A DNA stretch of 17,619 bases, from contig JAFGAR010000169.1 in the NCBI GenBank assembly GCA_016933575.1, forward strand, positions 1-17,619, in the 5' to 3' direction. The stretch comes from Candidatus Thorarchaeota archaeon (GTDB lineage: Archaea; Asgardarchaeota; Thorarchaeia; Thorarchaeales; Thorarchaeaceae). A program made the translations under genes and the position numbers. Numbering within the stretch: position 1 is the first letter of the stretch; the number at the start of each line of letters is the position of its first letter. Below are positions 1 through 7,601 of the stretch, one piece after another. The notes beneath the pieces are model-generated. The model was not told the origin of the DNA. It ran no database searches and saw only the letters and a list, made by a program, of their open reading frames with translations.

Positions 1-178
1 ATATTATGGTTTGTGGTCAGAGGATATGAAACAATGAAGCCATCTCATTTTTCCATAGGCATGACAGATTTGAGTAAATGTTAACATCTTTCCACCTGAT
101 CCAGTGATTCATCAACCCATTGCAAGTGCGTGTGATCAAGGAGCTTCTCGGAACAGAAGCGAAGCCCTTACAGCTCGA

Positions 179-559
179 TTATAGGACCGCAATCGCCTCG
201 ATTTCTACACCAACGTCCTTTGGAAGTCTTGCGACCTCGACTGCGGCCCTTGCTGGTGGCTTATCTGTGAACCAATTGGCATACTCTGCGTTCATCTCTG
301 CGAAGGTATTCATATCTTTAAGAAAGACAGTTACCTTGACCACATTCTCCATGGATGAACCCGCAGCCTCGATCACCCCTTTCACGTTTGCCAGAGATTG
401 TCTTGTCTGCTCAGTGATTGAGCCTGTGACCAATTCTCCAGTGCTGGGATTGGCAGGTAGTTGTCCTGAGCAGAAGACGAATCCATTCGCTTTGATTCCC
501 TGTGAATAGGGTCCAATAGCCTTTGGGGCCTTGTCTGTAGCAATTACTTTGCGACTCAT
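179..559 (-). CDS. ridA: RidA (YjgF/YER057c/UK114) family reactive enamine/imine deaminase
   Basis: 126 aa with family signatures [29 protein letters not shown] and [24 protein letters not shown] (catalytic Arg and Glu present). Confidence 0.95.
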   Translation of the reverse strand: MSRKVIATDKAPKAIGPYSQGIKANGFVFCSGQLPANPSTGELVTGSITEQTRQSLANVKGVIEAAGSSMENVVKVTVFLKDMNTFAEMNAEYANWFTDKPPARAAVEVARLPKDVGVEIEAIAVL

Positions 560-996
560 TTTAGTTCATGCCTGTCTGGAACGGACTTCTGCATTAATGT
601 AGCGGTTTCATAATTCATACACATGGACTTCCATCATTCACACAACTTACAGATATATTTGTGATTTTATTTTCATGTGTCCACTGTCTAGCGAAAATAA
701 AAGCGATGAAGACTCCTGCAGAATCTTTGTGATTATTTGCTTTGTGTCTTCACTGAGGTCGTTATTGCAGGTAAATGTTCTTAGTTCTTGGGCTCTGTAA
801 CTGACTATCTCTTCAAGACTAGGTTGATTCTTACCAGTATGCTTTAGTTGATGGTCTTCGTCTGTCCAATCATGAAGAGCCTCTAGGAGATTCCCGAGTT
901 CTTGCGCAACTTCGTCTGCATCATCCTCTTTCTTTTCAGGAAGAGGGGCAATTACTACTTCAAATCAACAGCACTCGAAAACGTTACCTTACTGTT

Positions 997-2628
997 TCAT
1001 GAATGTACGTTTTCAGATGCTGATTCCACTTCATGTCGTATTATCTCTTCACTAATGAATTGGCGAACAGCTGTCTTCAGATCCGCACTGACATACAAGC
1101 TCGGTGCCTTTTGGATATGTTCCCGTATCATCAAGATCGAACTCCTAGGAATGGAGAATGGCAAATATCGATTGATGAGGAAAAGAGCATCTTCGGATCC
1201 ATTGCCAGCTGCCTGCACCAAGCTCGACATGAAACTGCCGATAGGAATGAAGAAGGTATCTTGAATCGTCTTTAGAGAAGATGCGCCTTGAAGCGAAAGG
1301 TGTGACACTGTGCCACAGGTATAGTTGTCTATTGGTGCTGATGTTCCTCTACGTTGAATTGTCGATGGAACGGAGTCACTTTTTATCGCATTGATGGATT
1401 CGCGGACATCTATGATGCCTGTTCCTTCCTTCATTGGATCCAAACCAATGCTCTTTGCTGTTGACATGAATGCTCTCTTCACGAAATCCGGAAGCTCTCT
1501 CCCCCCGAATTCAAGCCCCTTCTCTTCAATAGCATTGAGTACGAGAGCGCAGGCCCCCGCTACATGAGGTGTTGCCATGCTTGTGCCCTGCATTCCAATG
1601 TGATATGGCTCAAAGGTGCATGTATTTCGATTGCATCTTCTTGATCTCAACGATATGATAGCACTTAGACACCCACCGCCACCGCCTCCCGGAGCAAGTA
1701 TGTCCGGTTTACATTGCATACCCAATACAGGGCCTTTTGAAGAGAAATCAGAGAGTGTTTTACTCTTTGTACAGGACCCAACTGTAAGAACACTCTCAAT
1801 GCATCCGGGACTCCCAACGGTCCCCCATCCCTGTCTGCCTTCATTTCCTGCAGCCACTACGCAGATGATTCCAGCAGATACGATCGCCTCCATGACATGA
1901 GCCAAAGTAGATGGTTCAGTGGTTTTTCCACCCAGGCTTGCATTGACGATCTGTGCTCCGTTATCTGCTAGCCACTTTGCACCTTTTGCTATAGTCGAAT
2001 CCCAAGAGGAGCCTCCATCATTTCCAAATATCTTTGCACTGATTAGCTTGGCTTTCGGTGCTACTCCCATATATTTAGAACCGCCACTCGCACATATTCC
2101 TGCGACATGTGTACCATGCCCACAGCCATCCTCTGTGCCTTCACCATCAATGAAACTTGTTTCATTGACAACCTGCAGCTCTGAAAACGAGCTATCAACA
2201 CCTGTATCAAGTATACCAATCGTTACACCCTTTCCTTGATATCCTTCATGCCATGCCTCTGGTGCGTGTATCTGACCCACGGATACATTGAGGCAGTGGA
2301 ACATTGGTATGTCAAGTGATGCTGAAGATGCTTTGCTATTCCCAACGAGTTGGGGCACTTCTGGAAGATATTTAGCTTCCATCTGAACTGAGACCCGACT
2401 CATTCCTTCGATGATTACCGCATCCCTTCCAACATCTCCCAGAGGGCTGGAACGTAATCCTGTTGACTCTATTGCAGATTGTGTCTTTTGGTCATGAAGA
2501 CCACCTGAATAATCGATTCTCTCTGCAACTCTGCTGCCACTGAATGCTATGGACACAATTGTTTCTGGATAGTCCTTTGAGAGCGCAGACGCTGCTCGTC
2601 TGATTAATTGGATCCCAATATTATTCAT
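997..2628 (-). CDS. S8 (subtilisin-family) serine protease with N-terminal pro-region and C-terminal extension, no signal peptide
   Basis: Intact triad motifs IGILDTG (Asp codon 2206-2208), GHGTHVAG (His 2116-2118) and GTSMATPHVAG (Ser 1579-1581), plus oxyanion AAGNEG and FSSKGP...KPDILAPG. The ORF track starts at 2712. I prefer the ATG at 2628 (MNNIG..., 543 aa), which lies 4 nt after the upstream stop and follows AAGGGGGA. Confidence 0.93.
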   Translation of the reverse strand: MNNIGIQLIRRAASALSKDYPETIVSIAFSGSRVAERIDYSGGLHDQKTQSAIESTGLRSSPLGDVGRDAVIIEGMSRVSVQMEAKYLPEVPQLVGNSKASSASLDIPMFHCLNVSVGQIHAPEAWHEGYQGKGVTIGILDTGVDSSFSELQVVNETSFIDGEGTEDGCGHGTHVAGICASGGSKYMGVAPKAKLISAKIFGNDGGSSWDSTIAKGAKWLADNGAQIVNASLGGKTTEPSTLAHVMEAIVSAGIICVVAAGNEGRQGWGTVGSPGCIESVLTVGSCTKSKTLSDFSSKGPVLGMQCKPDILAPGGGGGGCLSAIISLRSRRCNRNTCTFEPYHIGMQGTSMATPHVAGACALVLNAIEEKGLEFGGRELPDFVKRAFMSTAKSIGLDPMKEGTGIIDVRESINAIKSDSVPSTIQRRGTSAPIDNYTCGTVSHLSLQGASSLKTIQDTFFIPIGSFMSSLVQAAGNGSEDALFLINRYLPFSIPRSSILMIREHIQKAPSLYVSADLKTAVRQFISEEIIRHEVESASENVHS

Positions 2629-2632
2629 GAAA

Positions 2633-2965
2633 TCAAATTCCCCCTTGATGCTCGATGCGAGATATGTGTTTGATTTCTTTGACAAAGCTCTGTTTGCTAA
2701 GATCTCTGACAATATCTGGATGCGCCTTGGCGAAGATAATTGGTAATGTGATCTTACCTTCTCTGGTCAGATAGTCATCAATATTCTGAAGTCCTAGTTT
2801 CGTCATTTCTATCTTGATATCATCGAGTTCTGATTGAGTCTTGTAGTCCAAGGTGATCGATAGTCCAATCAACATGTCTACAGCATCAGTATCTATAGCT
2901 TCTAGACTCTTTAGAATCGATTGCAATGTGGAGTCTATTTTTGAGTCTGATTTCAACTTCTTCAT
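2633..2965 (-). CDS. Small stand-alone protein resembling a subtilisin propeptide / inhibitor I9 domain
   Basis: 110 aa. Its ATG abuts the upstream TAG (2966) and it ends 4 nt before the protease ATG. The C-terminal IIFAKAHPDIVRDLSKQSFVKEIK follows the strand-helix-'VK.I' pattern of S8 propeptides. The CDS is well supported; the function is inferred. Confidence 0.65.
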   Translation of the reverse strand: MKKLKSDSKIDSTLQSILKSLEAIDTDAVDMLIGLSITLDYKTQSELDDIKIEMTKLGLQNIDDYLTREGKITLPIIFAKAHPDIVRDLSKQSFVKEIKHISRIEHQGGI

Positions 2966-3808
2966 CTATCCTGGAATTAGTCTATTATTCTCGAGGCTTA
3001 GTTTCAGTGGAAAATCGGCAAAGAAATGACGATAGGCTCTCAGAGTGACTATCAACAACTCTGGGGGTATCTCCTCAATATCCACAGATTCCATGGATTC
3101 AACAGCCTGAGCAATTCTTGATTCTATTGCATCAGCATGCCTGGAATACTTATCCCAAAATGCAACTCGATCTGATAAGACATCATCGGGAGTTACTGAT
3201 TCTGACAACTTTTCGATCAAGTCATCCAAGGTATTTTGAAGCTTCCCTGTATATCTTCCATTGAGCTTGAGAGCTGATAGTTTCTTTATGATTTGGGATT
3301 CTGATGTAGCCGCATCCTCAATTCCAGATTCATCTGAGCCTTCTTGTATGCTCCTTTCTAATGCATAGGATCCATTCGAGAGCTTGATAATATCTGGAGC
3401 TTTCTGACCTAATTGATACGAATTTATGCACTCATCATAGTATTTGTTCAGTAAATCTATAATCTGTTTGTCTGTTTCGCTGTTCCGTAGTCGATCTATT
3501 CGATCAACGACCTCACCAATTCTTAGGACTCTATCAGCTTCCTCCAAGGCAGGTAGGAGCATCGCATTGATGCTGCCAATATTCTCAAGAATTTTCTTCT
3601 CATTCGTTTCTTTTTGTAAATCATCGATTTTTTTCAGGATGAGTCCAAGAGCATCAACCTCAGTAATCCGTGAACCCTCAGATGAGAAGTAGTTCTTGAT
3701 TGGTCTTAGGTGGTTCTTGTGATACCAATACCATAGATTGCTTTGACTGGAAAGATCTGCTCTTGCCTTTTCTACCCTCTCTTTAAGTAAGAGCAGTTCC
3801 ATCTTCAA
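2966..3808 (-). CDS. Hypothetical all-helical protein with an acidic linker and a MIM1-like helix
   Basis: 280-aa ORF in the operon. A strong SD (GGAGGTGA) precedes TTG 3808, with an alternative ATG at 3802. No catalytic motif recognised. Confidence 0.8.
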   Translation of the reverse strand: MKMELLLLKERVEKARADLSSQSNLWYWYHKNHLRPIKNYFSSEGSRITEVDALGLILKKIDDLQKETNEKKILENIGSINAMLLPALEEADRVLRIGEVVDRIDRLRNSETDKQIIDLLNKYYDECINSYQLGQKAPDIIKLSNGSYALERSIQEGSDESGIEDAATSESQIIKKLSALKLNGRYTGKLQNTLDDLIEKLSESVTPDDVLSDRVAFWDKYSRHADAIESRIAQAVESMESVDIEEIPPELLIVTLRAYRHFFADFPLKLSLENNRLIPG

Positions 3809-3828
3809 TCTCTCACCTCCAACATATA

Positions 3829-4488
3829 TTAGGCTTCATCTTCGAAGCTAATCTTTGTGTCCTCTTTTTCGTCTCTCTTCGCTGGAGTTCCCTTGGATTT
3901 CCTGTATGCATCAAGCTTCTTTTGCCAATCAGGATGTAATTTTGCGCCTCTTGCCTCCAAACGGATGAGATGATCAATTGATGGTTCTTTGCTTTCGCTC
4001 CTAGATGGCACCGAGCTTATTATAGGTGTCACACCTCTTGCAGCTTTGTACTGCTGACGAGCTTCACTGAGTATCTCTCCAACCTTGGCTCTGTCTGCCA
4101 ATGTTTTTCCGGTCTTCTTCAGCTGATCCTTTACAATAGTCATTATCTCTCCGTCTTTAGCTCCTAGTCTTTTTTCGATGACCTTGATATCTCTTTCACT
4201 TTCCTTGATGTAGCGCTCTGTAACCAGCACAGCTTTGTTTTGTTCTAATCTATCGATAGTGTCTTCCAATTCAGGTGGGGGAAGAATTCCCTTCATCGTG
4301 TAGTCGTTTATCTCTTTCAATGCTAGGTCAATCTCGTGTTGAACTTGGGCAATGGATTTTGATAAGAAATGGATCTCATCTGCATGCCTTAGTATTACAT
4401 CATTAGCTTCTTCACAACGTTTACGAATCTCTTTGTCTTTGAAATCATCACAGTCCATAGTTCTGTCTAACATTCTTTCACTTCCCAC
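3829..4488 (-). CDS. Hypothetical coiled-coil protein, possibly a second divergent ESCRT-III/PspA-like subunit
   Basis: 219 aa. The GTG start overlaps the ATPase stop by 1 nt (TAGTG). Two long heptad-like helices are joined by KGILPPPE, followed by a disordered charged tail. Confidence 0.75.
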   Translation of the reverse strand: MGSERMLDRTMDCDDFKDKEIRKRCEEANDVILRHADEIHFLSKSIAQVQHEIDLALKEINDYTMKGILPPPELEDTIDRLEQNKAVLVTERYIKESERDIKVIEKRLGAKDGEIMTIVKDQLKKTGKTLADRAKVGEILSEARQQYKAARGVTPIISSVPSRSESKEPSIDHLIRLEARGAKLHPDWQKKLDAYRKSKGTPAKRDEKEDTKISFEDEA

Positions 4489-5651
4489 TAATTTGTCTTC
4501 ATTGACGCATGTGTCTTTGCGAACTTGTCATATCGTTTCTTCATTTCAGGAGTTACTGTTGGCTTTATTTTATGTATGGCATCCTTGAAATGTTTCATAG
4601 TGATGGGCAAGTCCGTTACCCCTTTCTTGTCCTGTTCTCTCACAACCGACTTCTTTGTGATTGTACAAATTTCAGTAATTGCAGCTGAGCTGTATTCGTA
4701 CCCTCCGACTGGCCTTGTCATTGTAACTAGATCATTGTAATCCACGCCCTCAATTTTATTGCCTCGTAGCCCGATTTTGAACACCTCTTTTCTGGCTGCA
4801 TCATCTGGAGCTCCAACATAGATGATCTGTGATACTCTACCTGGTCTGATCAATGCTGGGTTTATGTTCTCAGGCTCATTAGTAGCTGCAATAAAGATGC
4901 TCTGTTGCTCATGGCCACTGAACCCATCCAATTGGGTGAGAAACTCATTTGTCGTTCGTGTCATTACTTGCGTTGAGTCCGATCTTGATGATTCGGATAG
5001 TAGTTTGTCAATCTCATCAACGAACAGAATTGATGGAGCTAATTTCCTTGCACAGACGAATGACTTCTCTGCTTTCTTTTCCGTAGCGCCAACCAGTGAT
5101 TCAAGTAGCTGACTAGCTGAAACGATTACTGCCGGTAGACCGAATTCGCCTGCCAAGCATTTGACAAGATATGTTTTGCCACACCCTGGAGGTCCGAACA
5201 ATAGAATTCCTGTCTGAGATGGGATACCTCTTCTCTTGAACTCATCTGGATATTTCAATGGCAACTCGATTGCATCCCGGAGTTCCATTTTCACTTGTTC
5301 CATACCAGCGAGGTCATCAAAACAGAATTTCGAGAATTCGACATATCCACCTGACTCCTTGCAAATATCTGGGATTTCCTTTGACCGTTGAAATCGGTCA
5401 ATCTCGATGGAATCAAATTCATCTCCTTCTTGTATTTGCGCACTACCAGATATCTCATTCATGATTTTGAGAATTTTCTTCATTATATTCTGCGCTACCA
5501 CTCTTTGCTCGGAGTTAGCTGATTTGGCATAGATTTTCAAAGCACCAATAGCGCGCTGATAGTGCATCCTTGCAAGTTGCTTGTTACCTTTCTTCCTAGC
5601 AGCATCGCCAAGCTTCTTCTCTTCCACTGCCTTTTGATATGCCGTACTCAT
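4488..5651 (-). CDS. MIT-domain single-ring AAA+ ATPase (Vps4/CdvC-like architecture)
   Basis: N-terminal three-helix MIT-like segment (AYQKAVEE...GNKQLARMHYQRAIGAL), Walker A GPPGCGKT, Walker B ILFVDEID, sensor-1 AATNEP, arginine finger ALIRPGR and a Vps4_C-like tail (HFKDAIHKIKPTVTPEMKKRYDKF); 387 aa. Confidence 0.9.
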   Translation of the reverse strand: MSTAYQKAVEEKKLGDAARKKGNKQLARMHYQRAIGALKIYAKSANSEQRVVAQNIMKKILKIMNEISGSAQIQEGDEFDSIEIDRFQRSKEIPDICKESGGYVEFSKFCFDDLAGMEQVKMELRDAIELPLKYPDEFKRRGIPSQTGILLFGPPGCGKTYLVKCLAGEFGLPAVIVSASQLLESLVGATEKKAEKSFVCARKLAPSILFVDEIDKLLSESSRSDSTQVMTRTTNEFLTQLDGFSGHEQQSIFIAATNEPENINPALIRPGRVSQIIYVGAPDDAARKEVFKIGLRGNKIEGVDYNDLVTMTRPVGGYEYSSAAITEICTITKKSVVREQDKKGVTDLPITMKHFKDAIHKIKPTVTPEMKKRYDKFAKTHASMKTN

Positions 5652-5671
5652 ATCAAAGCCCTCGACCTAAA

Positions 5672-6319
5672 TTATTGAAATCCAAAATCCTCGTCAGCTT
5701 GCTTTTGCGACTTCTTGTCAGGTTGGTTATCAGCTGTGTCTTCCTTTTCATCACCCAGATCCGCATCGATTTCTCGATAGAGCTCTTCTAGTTCCTCTTC
5801 TTCGAATTCATAATCGATTTCCTGATACTCTTTCTTCATCTCTTCTTCAGTAATTTTTTGCATCTCATCAATCTTTCTGAGCTCCTCTGTTTGCCGAAGA
5901 ACCAGCTTCATCAGCTCACCATCTGCCTTCTTGATAGTACGATAAATTCCTCTATCTACCTTTGCAACCTCCTTTAGAATTGGCATGACCTTGGTCATAT
6001 CAGGAATGATTCCTTCATTCAAGAAATCTCGTCCTTCCTCAAGATTATCAAGATGTGTTTCAAGCTTCTCACGTGCATTTCTTACTGCGGAGTAGTAATT
6101 CTCAATGACCCTTTCTGCCTGCTTTCGTGCCTTATATTCTACGACATCAGAAGGAGTAGGTCTTCGCTTGGCCTCTCTAGCCTCTATCAATCTGTTCCTT
6201 GTTCTGGTCAATCTGATACGATTATCGATTTTAGCATCACGAAGTGCATCTTCTTGGCTTTCTAAGCTATTCACTTTCTTTCTTAGATCTCGCTTCTGCA
6301 ATAATTTAATACGTGCCAT
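5672..6319 (-). CDS. ESCRT-III (Snf7/CdvB/PspA superfamily)-like helical protein
   Basis: 215 aa, a typical ESCRT-III size. Basic N-terminal helical hairpin, acidic C-terminal half with a helix-5-like EFEEEELEELYREIDADLG, and a disordered tail. It lies 20 nt upstream of the MIT-AAA gene. The CDS is clear; the family call is inferred from pattern and context. Confidence 0.68.
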   Translation of the reverse strand: MARIKLLQKRDLRKKVNSLESQEDALRDAKIDNRIRLTRTRNRLIEAREAKRRPTPSDVVEYKARKQAERVIENYYSAVRNAREKLETHLDNLEEGRDFLNEGIIPDMTKVMPILKEVAKVDRGIYRTIKKADGELMKLVLRQTEELRKIDEMQKITEEEMKKEYQEIDYEFEEEELEELYREIDADLGDEKEDTADNQPDKKSQKQADEDFGFQ

Positions 6320-6345
6320 TCTCTATCTCCCAACCTCAGTTCTTT

Positions 6346-6353
6346 TTATTTAA
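6346..6353 (-). promoter_or_regulatory. Candidate archaeal TATA box for the ESCRT-III-like operon
   Basis: TTAAATAA on the minus strand, about 27-34 nt upstream of ATG 6319, in the AT-rich divergent intergenic region. Motif only. Confidence 0.3.
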
Positions 6354-6594
6354 TTACCTGCATTGTAGAGAATGAGAAACATCCTGCTAATCTTCTATCC
6401 TATGTAGAATCATCATTACACCGACATCTCCTCATTCCCTAAGTGCACAGCTTACAAATACAAGACAACAAAATAAATCCTACTAGTGGATATTTGTTGC
6501 AACAGAAATAGTCCAGATATAACAGGAATCGTTATTATAGACCGATTTCATAGAATACTAGCGGTAGTTGTTCCACTAGAGAGGTGTGCGGTGT

Positions 6595-7599
6595 TTGTCA
6601 GAGGACTTCGATCTAATAGATATCCTAGCAGGATTCATCTTATTTCTCCCGTTTCGGGGAGCAATTACTTTCTTTCAAGCAGTATACGCAGTGGCAAAGT
6701 ACTTCGGTAAGCGAAAGCCAGAGAAGAAGAAAATAGTAGTCGAGAATGCCCTGAACCAGATCAAGGCCAACTTAGATCAGATCGCCAATCTAACGCTGAC
6801 AGATCTTTCATGTCCTATTGATGATATAGTAAAAAGGAACATAGACTTCGAAAATCCACTTGTAAACATCTCAACATCTCTTGAGAACTCAAGTCTTCGC
6901 GGCATTTATATCAAGAAGTATGAATCCGTGCATCCTCATATTGCCTACTGCTATGCTGCATCTGATTTCTCTCGAAAGTTGATCGAGAGTCTTTGTGTGA
7001 GAATCTCCAAATCCGTTGATGATAGACATGTCATTATTGTAATGCTCCAGGTGAAGGAGATACTGAAAACAATTCAAATGGTCACAAAGAGAATCAAAGA
7101 GTTATCTTCAGAGGATGAAAAAGTCAGCTCGGATATCCTTTCCGAACGTTTCCTCAATGAGATTTGCCATCTGGATATCGCGAAACGATTGGTAGAAACC
7201 TATGGCTTCGCATTCATCCCAGCACATCTGACTAATACAGAATATCTTGAGAACCCCCTGGTGCTACGAGCATTGTTCGAAGATCATCTCCTGGAGTTTC
7301 TGAACGACCATCCTCAAACAAATCTGAATCAGCTCGCAAAAGGATTGAATATCAAAGAAGAACTATGCAGGACATTATTCTTATCTTTGGAGTTTGACTC
7401 TGAGGTTCATCCTCTCCTACTCAAGAATGATGAGATTTGGCATAGCGCGATTCTCCTTGAGAATCTAATGAACGAAACTATGAGAAACCCGAAGGAGATA
7501 GTGAAGTGGGCTGATGACCTGGGGATAGACTATGCGCTAGCCTCAAGTCTTTTGATAGATGGAATGATTCAGCAGGTATCAGATTCTCTAGTGAAATAG
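6595..7599 (+). CDS. Hypothetical protein with an N-terminal membrane anchor, helical middle and C-terminal winged-helix-like region
   Basis: The ORF track starts at GTG 6586, but SD GAGGTG (6581-6586) with an 8-nt spacer favours TTG 6595. Hydrophobic ILAGFILFLPFRGAITFFQAVYAVA is followed by basic KYFGKRKPEKKK. LLEFLNDHPQTNLNQLAKGLNIKEELCRTLFLSL...LL..DEIW follows a wHTH pattern. Confidence 0.8.
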   Translation: MSEDFDLIDILAGFILFLPFRGAITFFQAVYAVAKYFGKRKPEKKKIVVENALNQIKANLDQIANLTLTDLSCPIDDIVKRNIDFENPLVNISTSLENSSLRGIYIKKYESVHPHIAYCYAASDFSRKLIESLCVRISKSVDDRHVIIVMLQVKEILKTIQMVTKRIKELSSEDEKVSSDILSERFLNEICHLDIAKRLVETYGFAFIPAHLTNTEYLENPLVLRALFEDHLLEFLNDHPQTNLNQLAKGLNIKEELCRTLFLSLEFDSEVHPLLLKNDEIWHSAILLENLMNETMRNPKEIVKWADDLGIDYALASSLLIDGMIQQVSDSLVK

Positions 7600-7601
7600 A
7601 A

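Noticed and set aside
1-84. Open frame at the left edge (ILWFVVRG...SKC*) as the 3' end of a plus-strand gene
   Set aside because: Only 27 codons with no recognisable motif, so it cannot be supported.
706-756. ATGA-containing hairpin as a possible SECIS element
   Set aside because: The ATGA pairs Watson-Crick instead of forming the tandem GA quartet, and no neighbouring gene has a convincing in-frame TGA.
120-2239. Plus-strand ORFs 120..509, 902..1264, 1033..1275, 1616..1900 (poly-Pro) and 1919..2239
   Set aside because: These are antisense shadows of ridA and the protease; the poly-Pro is just the reverse complement of the protease Gly run.
2629-2712. Longer N-termini from the ORF track for the protease (2712), and likewise for GTPase 3 (15971) and GAP1 (15031)
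   Set aside because: They create 35-89 nt overlaps and lack SD motifs, whereas the downstream starts have SD motifs and fit translational coupling.
4488-6319. Calling the pair the canonical cell-division cdvB/cdvC or vps4 locus
   Set aside because: There is no cdvA or recognisable ubiquitin/ESCRT-I genes, and the ATPase motifs deviate (RPGR finger, non-aromatic pore loop), so gene symbols were withheld.
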